A stretch of DNA of 37,392 bases from a virus (Duplodnaviria; Heunggongvirae; Uroviricota; Caudoviricetes). The notes under the pieces were generated by a model. That model saw nothing but the letters and a program-made list of their open reading frames with translations, did not search any database and was not told the DNA's origin. The stretch lies in the IMG/VR virus record IMGVR_UViG_3300045996_000852, positions 128,001-165,392 of that record; one strand, 5' to 3'. A program made the position numbers and the translations under genes. This document shows positions 1 through 8,198 of the stretch, one piece after another (positions within the stretch are counted from its first letter, which is position 1; the number at the start of each line of letters is the position of its first letter).

Positions 1-502
1 TTAAATATTCTTTTGCCTTCTCATACCCCCAAGCATGAATATACTGGTCTTTTTTTGATTCACCGAATTTACCACCCATTGTTACATCTTCATCAGGAAA
101 TAAATCTGTTGGTAGAGCTTTAATATCACTCTCATTCCAATCAATATTAATCACCCTCTTTCTCCAACCTATAGTAATTGGTCCCTTTGTAGTGTACACT
201 TTAAACCAAGGACTAGGAATAGATTTATCATACCCATTCTCGATTTCTACCACATATACTTTCTCGTCACCAAATAATGATAATAATTCCTTCCTCTCAT
301 TCTTCAGTTCTTGCTGGTAATCAGAATTCATCAACATACTGTTTTTAACGAGCATTCTTTGAATCTCATCAGTAATTCGATAGAATTCTTTTTCCTCTTC
401 CTCTGTAATTTTTCGACCAATAGATATTCTTATATCAATACCTAGGGATTTGGTATAAGGATTACCCCAACCTTCTCTCTTGTGTACGGTTATATATTCC
501 AT
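1..502 (-). CDS. Hypothetical phage protein, 3' end runs off the window
   Basis: Read by eye: ATG at 502, open frame MEYITVHKREGWGN...PWFKVYTTKGPITIGWRKRVINIDW...HAWGYEKAKEYL with no stop before the edge. Confidence 0.8.
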   Translation of the reverse strand, partial: MEYITVHKREGWGNPYTKSLGIDIRISIGRKITEEEEKEFYRITDEIQRMLVKNSMLMNSDYQQELKNERKELLSLFGDEKVYVVEIENGYDKSIPSPWFKVYTTKGPITIGWRKRVINIDWNESDIKALPTDLFPDEDVTMGGKFGESKKDQYIHAWGYEKAKEYL

Positions 503-505
503 GAT

Positions 506-730
506 TTATATAATTTTAAAGTGATGGAACCAAAACCATGTCTGATAACATAATGAAAAATAGAAGAACCATACATCAAAGAGACTTAGTAACCCTCTTG
601 TAACAGATGCTTTCCAATCATCAGTTGCAAGCAATGCTACAAACAGGTAAGTAATTGAAAACTTAAACTGTTTACTAATAAGAAACAGTGGTCCAAATAC
701 AAATGTGAGTATAAATAATAATGTGTACAT
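506..730 (-). CDS. Small hydrophobic membrane protein
   Basis: 74 aa ORF, highly hydrophobic, same strand as neighbours. Confidence 0.6.
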   Translation of the reverse strand: MYTLLFILTFVFGPLFLISKQFKFSITYLFVALLATDDWKASVTRGLLSLFDVWFFYFSLCYQTWFWFHHFKII

Positions 731-758
731 ATGAGTTGTTTTGTTGAACAGCTAGAAT

Positions 759-790
759 AAAAAATAGCCCCCTGTGGAAACAGGGGAGCT
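759..790 (-). terminator. Intrinsic terminator-like hairpin
   Basis: Minus strand AGCTCCCCTGT-TTCC-ACAGGGGGCT followed by ATTTTTT. Confidence 0.6.
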
Positions 791-827
791 AAACCAAAAC
801 TAACTGCTCATATGTGGAAAAAAGTGT

Positions 828-1367
828 TTATTCGAATTTTGATACCTTGGGTCTTACATGGATGACAATCTCTTTAGGATTATCTCTCCATTTATTGTTT
901 TTAATACAATAATTGTAAAGGTCTCGGTTTTCAGTTGAGGACATGGTAGCATTATACCACTTGAATATTTTATCCCCGGCGTATATTGTAACATTTGTGA
1001 TGAAATACTGAATAACATTATTCTCAGGACAATAAGTATCGTAATAGAATTTGATACTTCTTGCAGTCTGACATGTTACTGACCATTCACCAAATGTACC
1101 TGATGGAAACATTACAGTATTGTGTTTCACTGTACCAGTGTCAAACTTTACTGATTCAATATGATACCACCAACCACCTTGAGGTTGTACCTCATGATAT
1201 ACCTGTGCTGCATTAAGTTGTAAAAACTTCTGCATACTGTCCAGATTCACAAGTTTGGAGTGTCCTTGTTTTACTACTACAGTATCTTTTTCGACTGGTA
1301 CATCCACTGATTTATGACATGCAGATAATGTCAGAAGCGATAATAATATAACGGTTAACATTTTCAT
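828..1367 (-). CDS. Putative lipoprotein
   Basis: MKML + hydrophobic stretch + lipobox LSAC. Confidence 0.75.
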   Translation of the reverse strand: MKMLTVILLSLLTLSACHKSVDVPVEKDTVVVKQGHSKLVNLDSMQKFLQLNAAQVYHEVQPQGGWWYHIESVKFDTGTVKHNTVMFPSGTFGEWSVTCQTARSIKFYYDTYCPENNVIQYFITNVTIYAGDKIFKWYNATMSSTENRDLYNYCIKNNKWRDNPKEIVIHVRPKVSKFE

Positions 1368-1395
1368 GTTGTTTTAATTTTTAAAGTTAAAGAAT

Positions 1396-1419
1396 AAAAG
1401 GCTACCTAAGCAGCCTTTT
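1396..1419 (-). terminator. Bidirectional terminator-like hairpin
   Basis: AAAAGGCT-acctaagc-AGCCTTTT. Confidence 0.5.
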
Positions 1420-1446
1420 TATATAATCCATGATAGAGAAAAATTG

Positions 1447-1671
1447 TCAGAAATATTTAGTGTAAAAGAATACACCGTGAGCACACCCTTGATACCTCCA
1501 TGTGGCAGTTGTAGTACGTATCTCATCACCATAATAATCAGATAGTACAGTGTTACCAAAGGCTGTATCAGCGTGTAATTTACGCATATCAGCCTCAGTT
1601 ACAGACTTTTGAGTAGTAATGGACAGTATCATTTGAATCTGTGCAATTGGTTGTACAATAACAGCTAACAT
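1447..1671 (-). CDS. Hypothetical protein
   Basis: 74 aa ORF in minus-strand gene run. Confidence 0.55.
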   Translation of the reverse strand: MLAVIVQPIAQIQMILSITTQKSVTEADMRKLHADTAFGNTVLSDYYGDEIRTTTATWRYQGCAHGVFFYTKYF

Positions 1672-1704
1672 AAACAGTAGTTTTATTTGGTTATTTTAAT
1701 AAGT

Positions 1705-2463
1705 TTACCACTTGGCAAGTATCACCCATCCATTTCTGTGAGGTATTACAGCTATTGGGTCAGGATGTTTATTCTCAGGTACTACAAGACCACCAACAGG
1801 AACAGCACCAGCTCTGAATTTATTAGATGGTGCTACTATTCTGATATTAGCATTAGACATTACTCTGGTCATTTCCCAATCCTCAAGGTCCGGCATATTT
1901 TGAGCTAACATTGCATCATCATCTACATACCATGATATTGCATCAGGAAAGAATAGTTGGTCATTATCACTTTCTTCTATCTCACCTCTTAAATTCCATC
2001 CTAATTCTCTACTGGAAAATAAATATGTTACACCTGATCTGGACCAAGTAGATTGTTGAATAGCATAAGTTAAGAACTCGTTATCTATCTTATTATAGTT
2101 CTTTCTCATTGTACGGGCTGCTGTATCTGGTATTTCTGCTATATAATCAGATGGATTTCCCATCATAAATTTATTAGCTTTCATCAAAGTATCCATTTCA
2201 GCATTTGTAAGGAAATGTAACCCATACTCCTCTTGCCAATATGTTTTTTCTGCACTAATGGCATTTCCTACTACAGAAGGAACGTTATTAAATCCTGCTT
2301 CCTTCAAGAACTGATGTATGGGTTGGTTACTAGGAATCATCATCTTTGCACTAGTGAATAGAACAATACATATTGTAAGACCTATTACTGTAGAAAGGAA
2401 CTTATTTTGTCTTATCCACCTTTTCTGTTGGTATGATAATGAAAATCCGAAATTCTTTTTCAT
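1705..2463 (-). CDS. Membrane-anchored hypothetical protein
   Basis: 252 aa, single N-terminal TM segment (FLSTVIGLTICIVLF). Confidence 0.8.
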   Translation of the reverse strand: MKKNFGFSLSYQQKRWIRQNKFLSTVIGLTICIVLFTSAKMMIPSNQPIHQFLKEAGFNNVPSVVGNAISAEKTYWQEEYGLHFLTNAEMDTLMKANKFMMGNPSDYIAEIPDTAARTMRKNYNKIDNEFLTYAIQQSTWSRSGVTYLFSSRELGWNLRGEIEESDNDQLFFPDAISWYVDDDAMLAQNMPDLEDWEMTRVMSNANIRIVAPSNKFRAGAVPVGGLVVPENKHPDPIAVIPHRNGWVILAKW

Positions 2464-2469
2464 ATAATA

Positions 2470-2886
2470 TTATTGAAGTTTGTTAAGCAAATTGGTTAAT
2501 GAATCATTCATATTTTTACCTCTGTTGATATGTATAATTCTATTCCTCGATTCAAGTATCCTATTGAAATACTTCAATATATCCTTGAGAATAAATCGGT
2601 TAATAGAAATCATATATCCAAATGTATGATTATGAATCTCAATAATATTATCTTTGATAGTAATATTGATACCCAATCTATCATTCACTATGAATTTGTC
2701 ACCAGAGATAGGTGAGGGAAATAATTCTGAATCTTTCAGCCTCATGATTGATTTACAGATATTGTAAACTAACATATCTGTATTGTTTGCAGGATTGCGT
2801 TTTCTATGGTAGTTATTTCTACGATACCATAACTTCTTCATCTTGAATTTCAAACTGTTTATCATGAGTTGTAGTTTGGTTTGCAA
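2470..2886 (-). CDS. Hypothetical protein
   Basis: 138 aa ORF, start uncertain. Confidence 0.7.
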   Translation of the reverse strand: MQTKLQLMINSLKFKMKKLWYRRNNYHRKRNPANNTDMLVYNICKSIMRLKDSELFPSPISGDKFIVNDRLGINITIKDNIIEIHNHTFGYMISINRFILKDILKYFNRILESRNRIIHINRGKNMNDSLTNLLNKLQ

Positions 2887-2895
2887 ATATAGGAA

Positions 2896-3084
2896 CTATA
2901 AACCTAGTTCCAAATGTCTATTTTTCCAATACTCATGGTTCTTTGAGTAGTGTTGCTGAATTACATGCATGTTTTTATTGTAATACAGTCTTTCTTCATC
3001 AGTGAGGAGATTACCTTCCATAATAAGTTTATCTAATCTCCACATTTCTTTGAGTTTGTTGTTAGTTTCTTGGTCAATCGGCAT
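2896..3084 (-). CDS. Hypothetical protein
   Basis: 62 aa ORF, tightly packed in gene run. Confidence 0.65.
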   Translation of the reverse strand: MPIDQETNNKLKEMWRLDKLIMEGNLLTDEERLYYNKNMHVIQQHYSKNHEYWKNRHLELGL

Positions 3085-3127
3085 AGTAGTAAATTTAAAG
3101 GGCTATATTTCTATAGCCCAATGAATA

Positions 3128-3268
3128 TTAAGGTCTGTTGGTAAAGAAATACTTTGGATTGTTTGTAGGACAACTCTTCCTGTTGCATGATTGTGAAAAT
3201 ATTACAACGGCAAATAGTGTCATTACCAGTACTACATACTTCCAGTTGATGTTGAGGTTAATGCTCAT
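3128..3268 (-). CDS. Small lipoprotein-like peptide (46 aa, not in ORF track)
   Basis: MSINLNINWKYVVLVMTLFAVVIFSQSCNRKSCPTNNPKYFFTNRP; start overlaps the end of the upstream gene; followed by hairpin 3098-3120. Confidence 0.55.
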   Translation of the reverse strand: MSINLNINWKYVVLVMTLFAVVIFSQSCNRKSCPTNNPKYFFTNRP

Positions 3269-3659
3269 AAGGCAGATTTTGAGTGTTAGGTAAATAAGGT
3301 TTTCCTATATATGTAACATGATAACTGGTATAAGCACCACTGGTATCTATATCAATGAGTGGAGTATAGTTTCTCTCCTTTAAATCATCAAGTATAGCAC
3401 GATACAATGTAGGCTCAAGAGTGCTTATTTGTTGTGTACCATTATCATAATAATAAATATATTCGGTCTCATCCTCAAGGAGTCCACCAAATGAAAATTC
3501 ATCATCATGAAATGCATCACCATTGTTACTTACAAGTGTGTCTTTTATGGACTCGATAGCATTTTTCATTTTCTTTGCTTCGATACCATGATGAAACAAT
3601 GCACCTATTGCAATGACTATTGCAAATATGGCAAATGTTCTGAATAAATCTTTTCTCAT
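3258..3659 (-). CDS. Membrane-anchored hypothetical protein
   Basis: 133 aa, N-terminal TM helix. Confidence 0.75.
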   Translation of the reverse strand: MRKDLFRTFAIFAIVIAIGALFHHGIEAKKMKNAIESIKDTLVSNNGDAFHDDEFSFGGLLEDETEYIYYYDNGTQQISTLEPTLYRAILDDLKERNYTPLIDIDTSGAYTSYHVTYIGKPYLPNTQNLPYEH

Positions 3660-3671
3660 AAGAGGTATATT

Positions 3672-4172
3672 TTATGAAGTTGACAAAATTACTGCATTAT
3701 CCGGTAAATCCTTCAAGAATTCCTTACTTATCCTACCACCATACCATACATTCGTACTTTCAAATATCTTATCCCCTTTCTGAAATATAAATTTTCTACC
3801 ACCAAATCCTCTGAAGTGTGAATTACTATCTTCTCTATCAATGTAATACCATTGATTATTCACAATCATTATTCTATCTACATCTTCTGGTGAGTTAGCC
3901 CGAAATCTCTTCAGCCTTTCATCCCAAAAATTACAGGTAAAACAATAATTCTTCTCTATTATTTGAGACTTTGTTGGTTCCATCCAATGTGTAACAACTT
4001 GTCTACCACACAGTTTACATGGCTCATCTAATATACCCATACCTTTTCTCAATTCCTCTTCACTCTCATATCCTCTGGATATATGAGTATAGATAACTTT
4101 ACCATCATTATGAGGATGTTGTTCGAAGAATGCTATTACCTGTTCTTCTTCGTTTTCGCATAAATGCCACAT
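3672..4172 (-). CDS. Hypothetical protein with CxxC...CxxC Zn-binding motifs
   Basis: CKLC and CFTC motifs, 166 aa. Confidence 0.8.
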   Translation of the reverse strand: MWHLCENEEEQVIAFFEQHPHNDGKVIYTHISRGYESEEELRKGMGILDEPCKLCGRQVVTHWMEPTKSQIIEKNYCFTCNFWDERLKRFRANSPEDVDRIMIVNNQWYYIDREDSNSHFRGFGGRKFIFQKGDKIFESTNVWYGGRISKEFLKDLPDNAVILSTS

Positions 4173-4259
4173 ATAATTGTAGTTTAATTATTTAAGAAAG
4201 CAAGTACCACACACTGACAGCAAACAATTTCCAGCTAAGGTAGCAGTGTGTGGTTTCAA

Positions 4260-4433
4260 TTAACCCCATAAAAACCTCGAATGGTCAGGTAGTTCAAATC
4301 CAAAGACAGTTTTAAATATCTTCTCAGGAGATACTACAAGCTTACCATTAATTTCTTTACCTCTCACACGACCAGTAAATTGATACTTACCATATGGTGT
4401 GTCAAAGAATATTGATACAAGATGTGATTTCAT
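4260..4433 (-). CDS. Hypothetical protein (57 aa, not in ORF track)
   Basis: MKSHLVSIFFDTPYGKYQFTGRVRGKEINGKLVVSPEKIFKTVFGFELPDHSRFLWG. Confidence 0.6.
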   Translation of the reverse strand: MKSHLVSIFFDTPYGKYQFTGRVRGKEINGKLVVSPEKIFKTVFGFELPDHSRFLWG

Positions 4434-4708
4434 AATGAATAATTTATAATACAGAGAGGTCCACTATTCCTAGCAAATAGTGGAATCCATTCCATTATAG
4501 AACTTCTTTCCTCTCTGTATCACGGTTATAATTTATACAAATATATGAATAAGACAGTGTAGCCCCTGTAAATACAAGGGCTAGACTGAATCCTCATTTT
4601 AGACTAAACGATTGTTATTTCATATACTTGTGGTTTTAGACTATATGTTGTCTGCAAAGCAAAGGGCAAGCATGAGCAAAATGATTGCTATACCTTGATA
4701 TACTCTTT

Positions 4709-4999
4709 TCATATGAATAATAGTATTAAACAGGTTAAAGATAATATTCCACACACTATCATATCTCTCATCATAACTCTCCTTCGTCTTTGATACTCAA
4801 TATATATTGGTCTCCATATGTATGTGTGAATGAATTGACCAATGGCAAACAGGAGAATACAGAGTAATAGTAACCCTATAAAATGTTTGTCTGTAGTAAT
4901 GTACGTTTCGAATGCACCAAACATTCTTGCACCGAATATGATTGCCACAATACATGATAACCATGTAAAGGAAATAGAGACAATAGATAAGATTTTCAT
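4709..4999 (-). CDS. Membrane protein, 3 TM segments
   Basis: 96 aa hydrophobic ORF. Confidence 0.7.
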   Translation of the reverse strand: MKILSIVSISFTWLSCIVAIIFGARMFGAFETYITTDKHFIGLLLLCILLFAIGQFIHTYIWRPIYIEYQRRRRVMMRDMIVCGILSLTCLILLFI

Positions 5000-5115
5000 A
5001 ATATGAGTGTTAATTGGTTAAACTAAATTGAGAAACACCAGTGATAGTCCGAAGAGTCACTGGTGTTCGCATTCTTCACATTTCCATATAAATAGAAGAG
5101 AATGGAGTTAAAGTT

Positions 5116-5304
5116 CTATTCCACATAGACTTTCCAAATATGCAGATAATCATAGTCCTTCAGACCAAGAATATCCCATATATGCTTATAAATAACATCT
5201 GTACTGTAACAATACAATGTATCACCAGATTGTACCTCGATGAATAGTATCTCATCTTTGGACATACCTGTAGAGTCTGTTGTGTAAACGACTTTGATCT
5301 TCAT
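5116..5304 (-). CDS. Hypothetical protein
   Basis: 62 aa ORF flanked by hairpins. Confidence 0.65.
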   Translation of the reverse strand: MKIKVVYTTDSTGMSKDEILFIEVQSGDTLYCYSTDVIYKHIWDILGLKDYDYLHIWKVYVE

Positions 5305-5465
5305 GAGAATGTGTTTTGTTTATTGTATAAACTCCACTCTCTCTATTTATTTTAGCATCTTAGGATAAGGTAGGATGGAGTGACACTGTTCAGTCACTCC
5401 CATGCTCTAGCCTCACATTGACAGGTATTTATCCTGTAATATCTACACCACAAATAAACGAACAG

Positions 5466-5660
5466 TTAGCGATACATAACTCTACTCAGGTCTTTAAATT
5501 TCCATTCACCACCATTTACCTGATAGTTGAATCTTGTACCTGAGCCATCTTCGAATTGAATAGCTGTAATACTTGGAGCTATTGTTGAGTCCTCGTATTC
5601 CATCTCTTCTATTCTCTGAAGAATAGTAATAGCCTGAATTAGTAACAGACATTTGTTCAT
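5466..5660 (-). CDS. Hypothetical protein
   Basis: 64 aa ORF. Confidence 0.65.
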   Translation of the reverse strand: MNKCLLLIQAITILQRIEEMEYEDSTIAPSITAIQFEDGSGTRFNYQVNGGEWKFKDLSRVMYR

Positions 5661-5670
5661 ATGTTAAGTA

Positions 5671-5976
5671 TTAGAATTGACAATTTTGTTTCCACCACTC
5701 CTGAAATGTAATAGGATTCTCCAACATATCAGACATCATTTTACCATCAGGAAACTTCCTATACAAACCTTTGGAAGTAGGAATACTGTAATTGGTTTGT
5801 AAACCAAATAGTTCTCCAATAGTAACAGTATCAAGCATGTCATTCTCCTCATTAACAACCAGTTCCCACTTATCTGACATGTCATGTTTGAATACACCAA
5901 TACAAATCTCTTGTATTTGTCTGAGACATGTACCTAATTGTCTCTCAATACCTTGGAATAAATCTAATCGTTTCAT
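5671..5976 (-). CDS. Hypothetical protein
   Basis: 101 aa ORF. Confidence 0.7.
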   Translation of the reverse strand: MKRLDLFQGIERQLGTCLRQIQEICIGVFKHDMSDKWELVVNEENDMLDTVTIGELFGLQTNYSIPTSKGLYRKFPDGKMMSDMLENPITFQEWWKQNCQF

Positions 5977-6004
5977 TTTGAGCAGTTTAGTAGTTAATAA
6001 AGAG

Positions 6005-6105
6005 ATAAATACTGTGATTTCAGGTGCTTCACCTGCCTTCTATTATACTTGGAAGCTACCAGTTAAGGTTCACAACCGAGCTTTTTACTTCATCACAATA
6101 TTTAT
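6005..6105 (-). ncRNA. Candidate structured RNA directly 3' of tRNA-His
   Basis: Closing stem ATAAATATTGTGAT/ATCACAGTATTTAT with internal hairpins such as CAGGTG-AAG-CACCTG. Confidence 0.4.
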
Positions 6106-6108
6106 TTG

Positions 6109-6181
6109 GGTGATATACCAGATTCGAACTGGTACGAAGACAACCACAATGTCTCATGCTGACCGTTACATTAATACCACC
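6109..6181 (-). tRNA. tRNA-His (GTG) with encoded G-1
   Basis: G-GTGGTAT...AGACA TT GTG GT TGTCT...ACCAG TTCGAAT CTGGT ATATCAC-C. Confidence 0.9.
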
Positions 6182-6188
6182 GTATTTG

Positions 6189-6264
6189 GGTCTCATAGCA
6201 GATTCGAACTACTATCAAGGGCATGATTGGAAGCCCCTATCCTAGCCATTAGACGAATGAGACC
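6189..6264 (-). tRNA. Atypical tRNA with 10-nt anticodon loop (TTCCAATCAT), G-1:C73
   Basis: Acceptor GTCTCAT/ATGAGAC, D arm GTCT..GGAT, anticodon stem GGGGC/GCCCT, T arm AGTAG TTCGAAT CTGCT. Confidence 0.75.
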
Positions 6265-6268
6265 ATAT

Positions 6269-6388
6269 AAATCTTTATATTATGAGATACCTTTTCCGTG
6301 GTCACTGGTTATCCAGTATGTGTTTTACGTTCCACACCCCTTTTCGGTGACATTGTACTCAGTTGGCTCTTATTTAATATAAAGATTT
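6269..6388 (-). ncRNA. Candidate structured RNA between tRNAs
   Basis: Perfect 14-bp closing stem aaatctttatatta (6269-6282)/taatataaagattt (6375-6388) enclosing GC-richer hairpins. Confidence 0.45.
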
Positions 6389-6389
6389 G

Positions 6390-6462
6390 GGTGCTGTAAA
6401 GGAATCGAACCTCTCTTTCAGGCAGAAAAAGCCTGTGTCCTAGCCGATAGACGAACAGCACC
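6390..6462 (-). tRNA. Atypical tRNA: Glu-like body, anticodon TTT, C37, G-1:C73
   Basis: G-GTGCTGT TC GTCT ATCGGCTA GGAC A CAGGC TTTTTCT GCCTG AAAG AGAGG TTCGATT CCTTT ACAGCAC-C. Confidence 0.8.
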
Positions 6463-6470
6463 GTATAAAA

Positions 6471-6704
6471 CTATGGAAAGTTGAATAACTTCTTACCTAT
6501 TTGTGGTAGATAAGCTATCCCAATGATATAATAACACATGATTATCAATATTATAATATCACCAGAAGTAGAATATAGTGATTCTTTATCCATTATCTTT
6601 AAATCTATGGACCAAGTTAGTATAAATATTGGTAATAGGATGTATATAATAACCAATAAGATATATAACATTGGACGAATAACACTTTCCATGAAATCTT
6701 TCAT
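6471..6704 (-). CDS. Small membrane protein, 2 TM
   Basis: 77 aa hydrophobic ORF. Confidence 0.7.
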   Translation of the reverse strand: MKDFMESVIRPMLYILLVIIYILLPIFILTWSIDLKIMDKESLYSTSGDIIILIIMCYYIIGIAYLPQIGKKLFNFP

Positions 6705-7134
6705 TTGTTAATGTATTTAACAGTTAGTTAATCAATTCACGGTCAGAATAGACAATGATAACACTCCTCTCTGTAGTAACACAAATAGGTATAGTAATCA
6801 TCATCAGTATAGTAATAATATGTCTCATAGTACTTGTTTTTATTAGTTTTAGTATATATTGCAACAGCTTACCACATTTTACCACTTTCTCACACTCATC
6901 CCAAAGTCCCTACTGGTTCTCAGGTCACACCCTCATTCAACACATTTTATATAGAAATCCTCCAATAAAAGAAAAAAGAGGTCACACTGTCCTTGTGCAA
7001 CCTCTTGACATTCATAGAATTAACTTAGTACATCCTTTCGTACAGTTCATTCTCTTGTTCTGTTGTCATTTCTCTTGTCATGGTAGGCTATTTGAGCTTT
7101 GTTAATAGACAAACTATAACACTATGTTAATAGT

Positions 7135-7223
7135 TGTCCGATTGGGTTATTAAAAGTCCAATAATCCCGCAATAAATAGGAATTATTGGACCTACAATAA
7201 CATTTGATGTCCGATTGGGTTAT
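7135..7223. repeat. 16-bp direct repeat flanking an inverted repeat
   Basis: tgtccgattgggttat at 7135-7150 and 7208-7223; gtccaataat (7156-7165)/attattggac (7182-7191). Confidence 0.85.
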
Positions 7224-7224
7224 A

Positions 7225-7374
7225 CTAACCCTTTTCAGTAGCTTCTTTAGCTGCACTAAATGCCACAACTAGACCTACGAAGAGAATAATACCTGCCACA
7301 TATTTGATTACAGGATTCTCTACTTGGAATAATCCCCATGCTATGAAGATTAATAATATTGCTATTCCCCACAT
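7225..7374 (-). CDS. Small membrane protein (49 aa, not in ORF track)
   Basis: MWGIAILLIFIAWGLFQVENPVIKYVAGIILFVGLVVAFSAAKEATEKG. Confidence 0.6.
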   Translation of the reverse strand: MWGIAILLIFIAWGLFQVENPVIKYVAGIILFVGLVVAFSAAKEATEKG

Positions 7375-7485
7375 AACTTATAGTTTTACAATTAGTTAGA
7401 TAATAAAACAAATATAGGAACTACAGGTATTAGCTATAGTTCCCATATTTATTCGTTTCGTACAGTTTAATGTGTAACGTACAAT

Positions 7486-7510
7486 AAAAAAGGGAGATTT
7501 CTCTCCCTTT
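7486..7510 (-). terminator. Intrinsic terminator
   Basis: Minus strand AAAGGGAGA-GAAA-TCTCCCTTTTTT directly after stop of 7513..7953. Confidence 0.75.
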
Positions 7511-7512
7511 GA

Positions 7513-7953
7513 TTATAATACAACTGCATCATCCTGCTCACCACGCTTACCAACGATAAGACCTACTTCATTGGTCTCTTCATCTACCACTTCATAGAAA
7601 GCGATAGATTCTTCCGGCACTTTGAAGTAAGGATTACCGTTCTTGCTCTCTTTGTAAGGAGTCAATGCTGCGATCTCATCCTTCAAGGCATTAGAAGCCC
7701 AGATAGGATATTCTTCTTTGGTTTGCAGATGAACCAGCGTGAAGCGATACTTCATGCCGCCATTGTCATAACCGAAAGCCTTTAAGAACACCTGTCCACC
7801 TTCACTGAAACCTTTGGCACTGAACTTCACTCTCTTGAGTGCATCCAGTGTGTAAGATACCACGTTGCCTGCCTTGTTTGCAATCAGGCTAAAGGTTTTG
7901 CTACCTGCTTGCACTTTCTTCCTGTCGAGTTTGTTTGAAACTGTTTGTTCCAT
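7513..7953 (-). CDS. Hypothetical protein, first gene of the leftward block (likely start MEQTVSNK at 7953)
   Basis: ORF track 7513..8049; the AT-rich leader before ATG 7953 favours the shorter start. Confidence 0.8.
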   Translation of the reverse strand: MEQTVSNKLDRKKVQAGSKTFSLIANKAGNVVSYTLDALKRVKFSAKGFSEGGQVFLKAFGYDNGGMKYRFTLVHLQTKEEYPIWASNALKDEIAALTPYKESKNGNPYFKVPEESIAFYEVVDEETNEVGLIVGKRGEQDDAVVL

Positions 7954-7980
7954 GACGTTAAAATTTAAAGTTAAAATTAT

Positions 7981-8176
7981 GGGGGGATACCCCCGAATGT
8001 CAATGAGGAGAGGGGGTATTTTGTGGGTCTGTTCTCCCATGACAGACACTTACATGATTTTCAGGGTGGGGGTATCATTTATAATGGAAAAAATTTAATC
8101 ATATTGGGTCCATAGTGGAAAAAATTTAAGTAGGGGTACACTTTTAAGAGGGGGTTAACATATAATACCCGGGGTC
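7981..8176. promoter_or_regulatory. G-tract-rich intergenic region at the transcription strand switch
   Basis: About six GGGG(G)T/A tracts on + strand and a repeated tggaaaaaatttaa. Confidence 0.55.
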
Positions 8177-8190
8177 TTATATTAAATATG

Positions 8191-8198
8191 TACCTTTG
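8191..8198 (+). promoter_or_regulatory. Bacteroidota sigma-70 -7 element TACCTTTG
   Basis: Matches TAnnTTTG just before first rightward gene (ATG at 8205). Confidence 0.55.

Noticed and set aside
5792-6226. 144-aa plus-strand ORF
   Set aside because: Antisense to a gene and to tRNAs in a minus-strand block
6755-7105. 116-aa plus-strand ORF
   Set aside because: Opposite to local transcription and spans a minus-strand terminator-like hairpin
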